The notes beneath the pieces are model-generated. The model was given only the letters and a program-made list of their open reading frames with translations. It ran no database searches and was not told where the DNA came from. This document shows positions 38,229 to 48,324 of a stretch of DNA of 64,000 nucleotides, piece by piece. The position numbers and the translations under genes were made by a program. The stretch's first letter is position 1, and each line of letters starts with the position of its first letter. Source of the DNA: Candidatus Thorarchaeota archaeon SMTZ1-45 (GTDB taxonomy: Archaea; Asgardarchaeota; Thorarchaeia; Thorarchaeales; Thorarchaeaceae); the NCBI GenBank assembly GCA_001563335.1, contig LRSL01000076.1:1-64000 (forward strand), in the 5' to 3' direction.

Positions 38229-38744
38229 ATGATACAACGAAAGGAGTCTTCTGACTCAACGCCTACAATGGCTTCAACGACAAAGACATCGAGTGCGATA
38301 TACGAAGCAGACCTCAGAACGAGATTAGCTACTTTTCCACGGGATGTGCTCGCTTGGTTTGCTTTGGGACGATACCTACGTTCCGTAGGTCGACTCAGGG
38401 AAGCAGAAGATGCACTTCGAAAAGCGGTTGCTATCAATCCCAAGCCTATGCCATTTTGGGAAGAGCTTGCCTTGACCCTAGTGGATCTAGGACGGATTGA
38501 TGAGGCTTATGCCATATGCGACAAGAACTTACGTAGGAACGATGACTCGATTCAGAAGAGAGTTGCTGAATTAAGAAGATTAGAGAGGTCCGCTGATACA
38601 CAATATCCAGCTGAGACCTCCCCCTGCGTCGCATGTCCAGAGTACACCTATTATGGATGCTCAAGAGGAGCAGAATGCGATGCAATTGTTCGTTGGCGGT
38701 CTGCCATGGCAAACATTATGCCAAGTACAAAAGATCGTACTTGA
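38229..38744 (+). CDS. TPR protein with C-terminal four-Cys motif
   Basis: AWFALGRYLRSVGRLREAEDALRKAVAINP; CVACPEYTYYGCSRGAEC. TATATAA upstream at ~38144-38150. Confidence 0.7.
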   Translation: MIQRKESSDSTPTMASTTKTSSAIYEADLRTRLATFPRDVLAWFALGRYLRSVGRLREAEDALRKAVAINPKPMPFWEELALTLVDLGRIDEAYAICDKNLRRNDDSIQKRVAELRRLERSADTQYPAETSPCVACPEYTYYGCSRGAECDAIVRWRSAMANIMPSTKDRT

Positions 38745-38834
38745 GAAATCGACTTCTATCTCATGAGTACCTTCCGAATGACTGATTTATGGTAACCTTA
38801 TCTGGGAGTTGAAAGCATAGACAGTTGATGGCTG

Positions 38835-40646
38835 ATGTCTGATCTCAAGTCCTTGGTCGAAGACCTTCCAGATTCTCCCGGAGTCTACCTCTGGAAGAAC
38901 GAGAAAGGCAAGATTCTATACATTGGAAAGGCCAAGTTCCTGAGAAAGCGTGTTGGGTCATATATGAGAAAGACAGGTCTTTATCGTCGGATATGGGATA
39001 TGATGCAAGAAGCACGAGACCTTGAAACTATTCTCACAAACACTGAACGAGAAGCACTAGTCCTTGAACAGACCCTCATCAAGAAGCACCAACCAAAGTA
39101 CAACATTGCTTTGAAAGATGATAGACGACATGCATGGGTTAGAGTTGATCTCTCTAGACCAATTCCAACATTTGAGATAACTCGCGAAGCACAGAAAGAC
39201 GGTGCGAATTATTACGGGCCTTATGGTAGTACGAAACGACTTGAGCGATTCTTGGACACTATTAGAAAATCCATACCCATCGCCATGTGTAAAGAGCCTG
39301 CGAAGGTAAAACGCGAATGCATGGATTATCATCTGGACCGGTGCTCTGGACCATGCAAGGAACATGTACCGTTAGCTGAATATCGCTCCCTAGTTGAACA
39401 GATGTGTTACTATCTCGAAGGCCGCCCTGCGGACCTTATCAAGATCCTTAGGACTGAGATGAGTAGCGCATCCGAAGAAATGAACTTTGAGAAGGCTGCT
39501 GAACTCCGTGACAGATTGGCAGACCTTGAGATTCTCATGAGTAGGCAAAAAGTCGTTGAATTTGAAGGTGCAAATAGAGATGTCCTTGGAATCTCTCGGA
39601 CAGAACAGGCAGCTCTTATTGAGATGTTGATTGTTCGAAATGGAAGATTGATTGGGCATGATAATTTCTATTTCGAAGTGGATCTTGATACGAAAGATAC
39701 AGAGGTGCTAACAGCTTTTGTTGAACAATTCTACTTTACAATTCCACGATTGCCAGAGGAAATAGTTCTTCCATGTGAAATTCCAGAGGCAAAGCAACTC
39801 AGTCTTTGGTTAAGTGAAGCAAATGGACATCCTGTTAGAATTACTGTTGCTGAAGATGACAGAGGACAAGATCTCGTTGATATGGCCAATAAGAATGCGC
39901 ATAGAGCTCTCCGAAAAATGTTAATTATTGGAGATAGTGAGGATGAGATAGTCCATGAAGGAGTCAAGGAGCTGAAAGAGGCTCTAGGCTTGACTCAAGC
40001 TCCTATGCGAATTGAAGGATTTGACATAGCCAACATTCAAGGAACCGATCCAACTGGTTCATGCGTCGTCTTTAAGAATGGTGAGCCCTACAATAAACGA
40101 TATCGTATGTTTAAGGTTCGAGTGAAAGAAACTCCTGATGATTATACAATGATGCGTGAGGTTGTATACCGTCGCTATTATGGTGTACTTGAGCGACGTG
40201 ATGTACTTCCGGATTTGATACTAATTGATGGAGGAAAAGGACAGCTCAAAATGGCTTTGGAAGCTCTCGAAGAACTTGGTCTTGATTATCTACCAGTAGT
40301 AGCGCTTGCGAAGAGGGAGGAGATATTATACACTCGTGATAATACAGAAGGAATTCATCTCGATGATGGTTCTGAAGGACTACATCTTGTCCAGCGAATT
40401 CGGGACGAAGCACATCGCTTTGCACAGAAATATCATCACAAACTAAGAGAGAAAAGATTCACTGGATCTATCCTTGAAGAAGCTCCTGGAATTGGACCGA
40501 AAAGAAGATCTGCACTACTTCAAGAGTTTGGAAGTTTTGAAAAGGTAAAGGAAGCCACTGTCGAACAGCTTGCCCAAGTAGATGGGATGTCAGAAAAGGC
40601 GGCTCGTACCCTTAGAGAATGGCTCGATAATGATGAGGGAAATTGA
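38835..40646 (+). CDS. uvrC: Excinuclease ABC subunit C
   Basis: GIY-YIG (GVY...YIGKA), Cys cluster, UVR domain, IEGFDI, LIDGGKGQ, RDEAHRFA, HhH. Confidence 0.97.
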   Translation: MSDLKSLVEDLPDSPGVYLWKNEKGKILYIGKAKFLRKRVGSYMRKTGLYRRIWDMMQEARDLETILTNTEREALVLEQTLIKKHQPKYNIALKDDRRHAWVRVDLSRPIPTFEITREAQKDGANYYGPYGSTKRLERFLDTIRKSIPIAMCKEPAKVKRECMDYHLDRCSGPCKEHVPLAEYRSLVEQMCYYLEGRPADLIKILRTEMSSASEEMNFEKAAELRDRLADLEILMSRQKVVEFEGANRDVLGISRTEQAALIEMLIVRNGRLIGHDNFYFEVDLDTKDTEVLTAFVEQFYFTIPRLPEEIVLPCEIPEAKQLSLWLSEANGHPVRITVAEDDRGQDLVDMANKNAHRALRKMLIIGDSEDEIVHEGVKELKEALGLTQAPMRIEGFDIANIQGTDPTGSCVVFKNGEPYNKRYRMFKVRVKETPDDYTMMREVVYRRYYGVLERRDVLPDLILIDGGKGQLKMALEALEELGLDYLPVVALAKREEILYTRDNTEGIHLDDGSEGLHLVQRIRDEAHRFAQKYHHKLREKRFTGSILEEAPGIGPKRRSALLQEFGSFEKVKEATVEQLAQVDGMSEKAARTLREWLDNDEGN

Positions 40647-40741
40647 TGCATTATTCGCTGTCCGACAGAATGATATACAGGCATGACATCATATTCTCCA
40701 TATTTAATCTATGAAACTATAATCACTGGAGAACACTTCAA

Positions 40742-40981
40742 ATGCCCATCAAAGTATTCCTAGCTGTTGTAACAAAATCTGGCAAGGAAAAAGAAGTTCA
40801 AAAGAATCTAAGGGCGATTGATGAAGTTACGCTTGCATGCACTGTTTCTGACGGGATGTTTGATGTAGTAGCTATGATTGAAGTCCCAACACTTGATGAA
40901 TATCGAACTTTTTCTATTGACAAAGTGAGTGCAGTGCCCAACATAGTCGATTATACATCATTCATTATTATGGATCAGTAG
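40742..40981 (+). CDS. Stand-alone Lrp/AsnC ligand-binding (RAM) domain
   Basis: 79 aa; GKEKEV...GMFDVVAMIEV...TSF. Confidence 0.75.
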   Translation: MPIKVFLAVVTKSGKEKEVQKNLRAIDEVTLACTVSDGMFDVVAMIEVPTLDEYRTFSIDKVSAVPNIVDYTSFIIMDQ

Positions 40982-42323
40982 TTCCAATCTCACCATTTAG
41001 CCAATCAACATACGCTTTGTTCCGCTTTCTTCCATAGACAAGGAACACCAAAAAACCAATTGCTGTCAGAATCCCACCCAACTGTAAAACAAAATAATCC
41101 AATGATGGAATAAGAAGCAGACAAATGATACAACCAATCAATGGAATTGTTGGAAAGAAAGGTGCCTTGAATGTTCCGGGAACGCTGAGTCCTTTTCTGC
41201 GAAGTATAATGACAGCAAAATTCACCATGGCTTGCGCAATAAGGTATCCAAAGACAGCGAGCTGAGCCACTAACACAACATCAGCAGTCAATGCAAAAAG
41301 TGATACTAGAATTAGAACTAGAACCAAGGCAGGAATTGGAGTTTTCAATCGCTTATTTACTCGATTGAAAGACTTTGGAAGGAAACGGTCTCTTCCCATC
41401 GAATAGACAATTCTTGCGCCCGCTAGAAATGTTGCATTCAAAGCAGCATAGTTCGATGCTGCCATACCCGCCAAACCTAGCACAAGCGCATTGGGTCCTA
41501 ACATGACAGCAAAGACATCAGCTATGGGTGTGAATGTTTCTGCAACTGCGGTAAATGGAACAACACCGACAATTACCAATGATGCAGCCATGTAGACTCC
41601 TGTGCCTATTGCTACAGTGAGGAATATGGCCCTGGGGACATTCTTTGCAGGCTTCTTAATCTCCTCAGAAGCAGAAGTAACAAGCTCAAACCCTACAAAT
41701 GAAATGTAGATGAATGCCACTGTAGACATGAACTCCAGAAATCCTGCACTCTCAGCAAAGATTGGTATCAGATTCGATGAATCTATGAACAACAAGCCTA
41801 CAGCTACAAAGGTGAAGAGGATTATTGCTTGCACAATGTTCAGAATGCTTAGAACACCTGACACACTCTTCACACTGATTAGATTTGTCACAAATGTGAC
41901 TCCAATTATTACTAACGCAATCAGTGCGATATGCTGAACGCCATTTGGAACGAATACAACAAGCGTATGTGCAACAGCTAATGCATATAATCCACAAGCA
42001 ACTATATTCCCAATCATCAGAAACCAACCCGTGAGGAAAGCCGGTAAGCCACCCACTGTATCATGTGCAAATGTATAACCTCCACCCTGTTTTGGAATAG
42101 AACTAGCAATCTCTGCATAGTTAACAGCGGTAAACATTGCTAGAACTCCAGTGAAGAAATACGCAAAGACTAGCGCAGGACCGATGATTCCTGCAGCTGC
42201 TCCAGAGATGACGTAGATACCTCCGCCAAGCATCGCGCCTAGTCCAATGTTTGTTGCACCAATAAGACCAAGATGTCGACCAAACTTGCCACTCGCTCGT
42301 TTGTCACTGCTGGTCTCTGTCAA
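40968..42323 (-). CDS. APC-family amino acid permease
   Basis: GAMLGGGIY, GGGYTF, FVGFE, SEEIKKP; ~12 TM. Confidence 0.92.
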   Translation of the reverse strand: MTETSSDKRASGKFGRHLGLIGATNIGLGAMLGGGIYVISGAAAGIIGPALVFAYFFTGVLAMFTAVNYAEIASSIPKQGGGYTFAHDTVGGLPAFLTGWFLMIGNIVACGLYALAVAHTLVVFVPNGVQHIALIALVIIGVTFVTNLISVKSVSGVLSILNIVQAIILFTFVAVGLLFIDSSNLIPIFAESAGFLEFMSTVAFIYISFVGFELVTSASEEIKKPAKNVPRAIFLTVAIGTGVYMAASLVIVGVVPFTAVAETFTPIADVFAVMLGPNALVLGLAGMAASNYAALNATFLAGARIVYSMGRDRFLPKSFNRVNKRLKTPIPALVLVLILVSLFALTADVVLVAQLAVFGYLIAQAMVNFAVIILRRKGLSVPGTFKAPFFPTIPLIGCIICLLLIPSLDYFVLQLGGILTAIGFLVFLVYGRKRNKAYVDWLNGEIGTTDP

Positions 42324-42528
42324 TTAATGCACCGTCATAGTGTATCGCTCATAACTCCCTTGGGATCTCTGAACCGTTCTAGGCTCCCTTTTTGAAACTC
42401 TTTTGAAGGTTTTGAATAGGCTCTTCTCGAATCTTAAGGTGAACCCACACACCCCGAAGTTTAAATGGGACTGCACTCCGACAAAACGTCGGCGGACTTG
42501 CATAAAGTCCAAGGACAGAGTGGTCAAA

Positions 42529-42708
42529 ATGATCTGGAAAGTCAACGATAACTGTACTGCATGTGGAACCTGCGCTGATGTTTGCCCTGTTGATCCTACT
42601 CTATACGTGGTCAACGACAAAGCTGTATACCAGGTAGACCGTGCAGACGAGTGCACTGAGTGCTATGCCTGTGTTGATAGTTGTCCTGAAGGCGCTATTG
42701 AGGAGTAG
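42529..42708 (+). CDS. 2x[4Fe-4S] ferredoxin
   Basis: CTACGTCADVCP and CTECYACVDSCP; TTTAAAT upstream at ~42460. Confidence 0.92.
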   Translation: MIWKVNDNCTACGTCADVCPVDPTLYVVNDKAVYQVDRADECTECYACVDSCPEGAIEE

Positions 42709-42756
42709 TACTCAATAACAGCGACCCGATCTTACAATGTAAGTGAGGGGTGGTCC

Positions 42757-42788
42757 GACAGGAGCATCTATTATAGGGTGCTCCTGTC
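42757..42788. terminator. Strong hairpin between convergent genes
   Basis: GACAGGAGCATCT...GGGTGCTCCTGTC. Confidence 0.55.
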
Positions 42789-42813
42789 AGCGACATTCAT
42801 TCATCTTTCTAGT

Positions 42814-43071
42814 TCATCTCACATTATATGGTTCTCCAAGTACAGAATCGAAGAACTCCTTAAGCGACTCATCATTGATGTTGACTCTTACATGAGCAAA
42901 ATCATCATGGCTTGGATCAAATGTCCCCATGACCCTTTCAATCTGTGAATCATCATCAAGCATAAGGATTGTTCTGGCTTCGTCAACCTCTTCATGCATC
43001 TCGAATTTCTCACGAATCTTGTTCATGCATTCTCGAAATTTATCCGGACTCACTTTGTAGAAGAGTTTCAT
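42814..43071 (-). CDS. Small acidic hypothetical protein
   Basis: MKLFYKVSP...FFDSVLGEPYNVR; start inferred. Confidence 0.65.
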   Translation of the reverse strand: MKLFYKVSPDKFRECMNKIREKFEMHEEVDEARTILMLDDDSQIERVMGTFDPSHDDFAHVRVNINDESLKEFFDSVLGEPYNVR

Positions 43072-43169
43072 GATGCTGAACAGACCATTTCTAACATTTG
43101 AATATAGAGGAAGGTATAAGTTATTACATCTGTTAGAAATTTGACCAGACAAGTCGGGAGGACTTTTAC

Positions 43170-44819
43170 TTGATAAATAACCACCACAGAATAATCAGTA
43201 TATTTATGGTCACACTTCTGTTATCTGGGTTCATACCTCTCCTGGTATCCTCAGACTCTTTCATGGTTGAACCACCGAGGGTGTTTACACCCTCTGAATT
43301 CACCTGGCAGACCTTAAACAGGAACATGAATGTGACCACATTTGTATCACCTGATGGAAGTCATGATGCACTTTGGCACTTCTTGAACAGTGCGCAAGAG
43401 AGCATCTATGTCGAGATTTTCGGAATAAACAACCCGTACCTGTTAGATTTGATACACGAGCTGCACTCAACTAAACCCACACTTGAAATGAAATTCCTCA
43501 TTGGATGGAACAGTATTGGCTACTTCAACCCCAACGATTATGTGGCTAACAACCTAACTCTTCTAGGATACCCAGTCAGGTGGACTAGTGATACAGAGTT
43601 TGATTACGCGCATCAGAAATTCGTGATAATTGACAATAAGACGACGATAGTGCATTCGGGTAACTGGGCAAAGACAAGCTTTCCAGAGGATGGCATGAAA
43701 GCCAACAGAGAGTGGAGTATTGCAATGACTGATACTGAGGTCACTCAGTATTACAGAAATGTCTTTGATTATGACTGGAGTAATGGTATTGAATATGATG
43801 CTGGTACTCATGGAACAGGCGACCCACTTAGTTACTCAGAAACCAGTAGTACCTATCTCAGACCTTTCGCAACACCAGGTAAGTTCTCTGGTCCTATGAA
43901 TGTCACACCGATATTTAGTCCAGATACAAGTCTTGAGGGCATTCTGTATTGCATCAATGCTGCACAGGTAACTCTGGATATTCAAATACCCTACTTTACC
44001 AATTGGAATGCGTCAGGAAGTGTTGAACAGATTCTCGATGCCATAATCGCCGCCAAGAACCGCGGTGTTACTGTTCGAGTCATCTCTGAGGAGGACTATG
44101 ATTATGAAGAAGTTGCAGCACTATTTCATGTTAATAAAATCCCCATAGTTTGGCAAGACACTCGTTGGTTCTCTGCAAATCACAATAAGGGAATAATAGT
44201 TGATGGTAGAATAGTACTAATAAGTAGTATTAACTACAGTGACAACAGCATTGAGGATAATCGTGAGGCTGGAGTCATTATAGAAAATGAAGAAGTTGCT
44301 CAATGGTATCAAGAAGTCTTCGATTTTGATTGGAGTATTGCTGACTTTGATCATATAGGCGATGTAAACCTATACTGGACTCCTAATATCCCAACCAGCA
44401 CATCTGAGATCAATGTGACAGTCTATGCTCATGAGTTGTTTTCTACTGGAGTAACTGATGTAAGTTTAGGTATCAAGATTGGAGCTGGAAGTTGGAATAA
44501 TTACTCAATCACATCAAATGTGTTTGAATCTGCAGAAGGTGATCTTGAGAATTACTTCTACGTGATCTCTCCGCAAGCTGATGGAACTAATATTACTGTT
44601 CAGGCTTCTGTCACAGCAGGGGGAGTTATGCATGTAGGTATGGAAATGGTCATTCGAGTTCGCGATTCGATTGGATCTGTTATCACAACTCCAACATCCC
44701 CTACAACTCCACCAACCACCGCTGATCCTTTAATGGAATTAATTATGGAATTGCTCCCATACATCGTGATGGGCCTTGTAGCAATTATTGCAGCTGTCTT
44801 CGTCAAAAGACGTAGATAG
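43170..44819 (+). CDS. Secreted, membrane-anchored phospholipase D superfamily protein
   Basis: Two HKD motifs (HQKFVIID, HNKGIIVD), signal peptide, T/P linker, C-terminal TM plus KRRR. Confidence 0.88.
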   Translation: MINNHHRIISIFMVTLLLSGFIPLLVSSDSFMVEPPRVFTPSEFTWQTLNRNMNVTTFVSPDGSHDALWHFLNSAQESIYVEIFGINNPYLLDLIHELHSTKPTLEMKFLIGWNSIGYFNPNDYVANNLTLLGYPVRWTSDTEFDYAHQKFVIIDNKTTIVHSGNWAKTSFPEDGMKANREWSIAMTDTEVTQYYRNVFDYDWSNGIEYDAGTHGTGDPLSYSETSSTYLRPFATPGKFSGPMNVTPIFSPDTSLEGILYCINAAQVTLDIQIPYFTNWNASGSVEQILDAIIAAKNRGVTVRVISEEDYDYEEVAALFHVNKIPIVWQDTRWFSANHNKGIIVDGRIVLISSINYSDNSIEDNREAGVIIENEEVAQWYQEVFDFDWSIADFDHIGDVNLYWTPNIPTSTSEINVTVYAHELFSTGVTDVSLGIKIGAGSWNNYSITSNVFESAEGDLENYFYVISPQADGTNITVQASVTAGGVMHVGMEMVIRVRDSIGSVITTPTSPTTPPTTADPLMELIMELLPYIVMGLVAIIAAVFVKRRR

Positions 44820-44889
44820 ACTAAGGAGTTCATAAAGGCCCCTCATACTGGGGCCTTCTCATTTTATTTTTAAAATCAAATGTGATTCA

Positions 44890-45483
44890 CTATTCAGATT
44901 TTTCAGCCATTTCTGCAAATTTGAAACAGCTCTCAGCTTCCTGAGTTTCACCACGTTTCTGATGAAGTCCACCAGCAATACGATAGGCTCTTGCAACAGC
45001 AGCCCAGTTTTGTTGAGCATCAAGGCATAGAGCCAGAGCTTTCCATGTTTCAGGGTCATTTGAATCATACTTGATTGCTTCATTATATGCATGAATTGCT
45101 TCATCTATTTTCAACAAACTCTCTAGAGCTCTTGCTTTCTTTGCCCAAAGTTCTGCACTCTCCGGAGCATACTTGAGACCCTCATCTGCAACACTATTTG
45201 CATCTTCAAATGAACCAAGAGTGAGATATGCTTCTGCTTTGTTTGAATGAGCTCTGAAGTCTTCTTCTGATATACTGATTGCCAAGTCAAAGGTGATGAT
45301 CGCTTCCCTCTGTTCACCAATGTGGATGTGAATCAACCCCATCTCATTGAGCGCATCAAGGCTATCAGGTTCGAGCTGGAGTGCACTGCGGTATGTCTCA
45401 ATCGCTTTCTTGTTCTGACCTTGTGATCTTAGAGTCCTAGCTCTCTCTACTAGTTCATCGAAGGTCTGCTCAGCTTGAGACAT
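44890..45483 (-). CDS. Tetratricopeptide repeat protein
   Basis: About five TPR units. Confidence 0.85.
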   Translation of the reverse strand: MSQAEQTFDELVERARTLRSQGQNKKAIETYRSALQLEPDSLDALNEMGLIHIHIGEQREAIITFDLAISISEEDFRAHSNKAEAYLTLGSFEDANSVADEGLKYAPESAELWAKKARALESLLKIDEAIHAYNEAIKYDSNDPETWKALALCLDAQQNWAAVARAYRIAGGLHQKRGETQEAESCFKFAEMAEKSE

Positions 45484-45619
45484 GATTAGCTCTCAGCGAC
45501 TTCTTGTTTTAATCATATTTCGGTCAGATGTATTGAATTTCCATCAATCCGCAGCAGACGTAAGGATTTTAACAGAGCCACTCTCTCTCCAGTCCATCCT
45601 TAATCTAGAGGAAACGCGA

Positions 45620-46183
45620 ATGAACACCGATGAAGATACATTCTTCGAAGATGATGACTACGAGGAAGAAGATGAAGAAGACTTCCCTGATGAGGAATTC
45701 GATGAAGACGAGGACTACGAAGAAGACGATTTTGAACCAACAGACACTCTATATGAACCACGTACTGTACGACTCGCTAAGTTTGCTGAAGATCCTTGGC
45801 CACCAACAACTTTCATCCTTGTAATAATTGGTCTTGTGATGGTTATATTTACGCCACCCGATCTTTGGGCTCTTTGGAATTACTTCCTTATAGCTAATTA
45901 TTTCATGATTATCGTTGGTGGTGCAGCATTAGCATTCTCAATTGTTACTTGGAGTCGTGCTGGAAAGCACAGATTGCGATGGGCAGCCGTCACGAATGTA
46001 TTCGTTGTTATTGCATTAATAATCTTGGCCACACTAGATACCTTCAGTTGGATGATCTTTCTACAATCTATAATTCCTGGTGTTCAAACACCCATCATCA
46101 GCTTAGCTATGGTGTTGGCAGTGTTTTCGATATACTCACTGTGGGTCATTCAAAGAAACTTTGCAGCTCCCAAGCGAAAGTAA
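45620..46183 (+). CDS. Four-TM membrane protein with highly acidic N-terminus
   Basis: D/E-rich tract of ~38 residues followed by four hydrophobic helices. Confidence 0.7.
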   Translation: MNTDEDTFFEDDDYEEEDEEDFPDEEFDEDEDYEEDDFEPTDTLYEPRTVRLAKFAEDPWPPTTFILVIIGLVMVIFTPPDLWALWNYFLIANYFMIIVGGAALAFSIVTWSRAGKHRLRWAAVTNVFVVIALIILATLDTFSWMIFLQSIIPGVQTPIISLAMVLAVFSIYSLWVIQRNFAAPKRK

Positions 46184-46193
46184 GGTGATTGAA

Positions 46194-46562
46194 ATGAGTG
46201 ATAGCGTGGCAACGCTAGATGAGCTCATCTCTCTCATTCGTGAATTTATACAAGAGAGAAATTGGGAGCAATACAATAAACCATCTGCTTTAGCTGTTTC
46301 AGCAGCTATTGAAGTAGGTGAACTTCTCGAGCTATTTCAATGGAAGTCCGATAACGAGATATTAGAAGCTATAGAAACTGAGGAGTTCAGCACAGCACTT
46401 GCGAGTGAGATTGCTGATGTGATGGTCTATCTACTTCGAATCTGTGATAAAGCAGGTATTGACCCGACAAAGGCAATAATTGAGAAAATGAGAGAAAACT
46501 CAAAAAAGTACCCTGTCGAAGATTGGAAGGGAAAGGCTCCTAGTAAGCTCAATAGGACCTAA
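46194..46562 (+). CDS. MazG-like nucleotide pyrophosphohydrolase
   Basis: ERNWEQY, IEVGELLELFQW, EIADV, KKYP; AGGTGA RBS. Confidence 0.9.
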   Translation: MSDSVATLDELISLIREFIQERNWEQYNKPSALAVSAAIEVGELLELFQWKSDNEILEAIETEEFSTALASEIADVMVYLLRICDKAGIDPTKAIIEKMRENSKKYPVEDWKGKAPSKLNRT

Positions 46563-47346
46563 CGAGTCGACTATATAGTTCTGGTTTCCTATCAGATATC
46601 ACATGATTACGCTTTGTCATCATTTTATCATCAGCTACATGAGGGTCAATATCAACAAAAGCAAGTTCCACTTCATCTTCAGATAGGCTTGCTAACCTTG
46701 TCCCAATTGTATTAGTAATCTGCGACTTACCTGAGAATTCTATCCCTCTCTCGATTCCAACCCTATTTGCTGTGGCTGTAAATACAGAATTTTCAATAGA
46801 CCTAGTAATCATTGCATCTTGACAATAGGGAAGGACAAGATTCGCTGGATGTAGTATCACTTGTGCCCCTTTGAGCATTAGTACTCTTGATATTTCTGGA
46901 AACGCCCAGTCAAAACAAATCATTACACCAAATTTGGCATTCTTGAAGTCAACCACAGGAGGCTCCTCATCTCCTGAAATAAACCAATCCTTCTCGTTCA
47001 TGAAAAGATGGATCTTTCGATATGTTGTAATATGAGTCCCATTGGCGAAGACAGCAGCAGAATTGAATAGTCCTCTTCGAGTTCGTTCACAAATACCCGC
47101 TACAACAAGTCGGTCTGCCTTTGACCAAGAGCGAAGCTCCCTTGAGAAACTACCCTGAGATATTTCCTCCGCTGCGAATTTTGCCTCATCCATATTCTCA
47201 AAGGCATAGCCAGAATTACAAAGTTCTGGAAGAACAAGTACATCAACCTGATTATCTTCCGCCTTCTTGAGAATCGATTTCACTCTCAAGAGGTTCTCAT
47301 AGGCATCAATGAGTAATGGTTCCATTTGTCCAACTGCAAGTCTCAT
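46549..47346 (-). CDS. Nitrilase-family carbon-nitrogen hydrolase
   Basis: LPEL, YRKIHLF, ICFDWAFPE (Glu-Lys-Cys triad). Confidence 0.92.
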   Translation of the reverse strand: MRLAVGQMEPLLIDAYENLLRVKSILKKAEDNQVDVLVLPELCNSGYAFENMDEAKFAAEEISQGSFSRELRSWSKADRLVVAGICERTRRGLFNSAAVFANGTHITTYRKIHLFMNEKDWFISGDEEPPVVDFKNAKFGVMICFDWAFPEISRVLMLKGAQVILHPANLVLPYCQDAMITRSIENSVFTATANRVGIERGIEFSGKSQITNTIGTRLASLSEDEVELAFVDIDPHVADDKMMTKRNHVISDRKPELYSRLVRSY

Positions 47347-47449
47347 CCTAGTTTCGCCTTATTTCCACATAATTTAGTACGCTTTGTTTCCTTCGGTTGA
47401 AACAGAGAATATGCTGCGCCTACAAGGTGTAGGCGCATATCAAGGCGAA

Positions 47450-48310
47450 CTAGAAAAGACCGTTCTTCATTGCAGTTTGACAGTCACAACTTGCATCCTT
47501 GGGAATGTTCGAAATCATCTCGAATGTGAGCTTCCTAACTCTCTCAACATTCTCCGACATTGTCTTCAAGACCATCGCGTGTGTGACATGTTCCTCTCCA
47601 TGAACATCATAGTCAGTTGGCATAGAGATGTTCACGAAACAAATACCAGCCTCACGAGCTAATGCTGCTTCGGGATAAGCGGTCATTCCAATCACTTCCC
47701 ATCCCTGGTTATGATAGAACATTGATTCTGCAGCAGTTGAGAATCTTGGTCCGTTGATGCACACATATGTACCTTTCTCATGGACCTTGTATCCTACCTG
47801 TGCTGCTGTGTCGATTGCAACTTTTCTAAGTTCAGGACAGAATGGTTCTGCAAAAGGAAGATGGGCAATTGTTCCCTCTTCAAAGAAGGTGTCTTTTCGA
47901 ACTCCAAAGGTTCTATCAAAGAGTTGATCAGCTATCACAAACTCACCAAGCTTGATTCTCTTTGGCTGAAGACTTCCACAAGCTGCAGGACTGATAATTC
48001 GTCTTACACCAAGGGCTTTCATTCCCCAAATGTTCGCTCGATAATTGATCATATGCGGCGCAATTGTATGTCCTCTCGCATGTCTTGCAAGAAATGCAAA
48101 TGATCTGCCCTTTACTATTCCAAGAATGAAACTATCAGATGGTGCTCCAAATGGTGTGAACACCTTGACCTCAATCGGATTCTCAATAACGTCCGAATCA
48201 TAATTTCCAGAACCGCCAAACATACCAATCTCAATGGGCAGTATTTTGTTGATCTCATCTGACTTAGTCTTATCTATTGGAACCACAGATAGTTTTGCTT
48301 CAAACGCCAT
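47450..48310 (-). CDS. mtnP: S-methyl-5'-thioadenosine/inosine phosphorylase
   Basis: GGSG, TPFGAPS, ARHARGH..APH.INYRANI, GPRFST.AES, GMT..PE, TDYD. Confidence 0.9.
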   Translation of the reverse strand: MAFEAKLSVVPIDKTKSDEINKILPIEIGMFGGSGNYDSDVIENPIEVKVFTPFGAPSDSFILGIVKGRSFAFLARHARGHTIAPHMINYRANIWGMKALGVRRIISPAACGSLQPKRIKLGEFVIADQLFDRTFGVRKDTFFEEGTIAHLPFAEPFCPELRKVAIDTAAQVGYKVHEKGTYVCINGPRFSTAAESMFYHNQGWEVIGMTAYPEAALAREAGICFVNISMPTDYDVHGEEHVTHAMVLKTMSENVERVRKLTFEMISNIPKDASCDCQTAMKNGLF

Positions 48311-48324
48311 ACTACATTTCCACC

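Noticed and set aside
42389-42418. TTTTGAA x3 upstream of the ferredoxin promoter
   Set aside because: Short, AT-rich and unevenly spaced; not distinguishable from chance by eye.
42757-42788. SECIS or ncRNA after the ferredoxin
   Set aside because: Simple stem between convergent stops; the ferredoxin has all eight Cys and no in-frame TGA.
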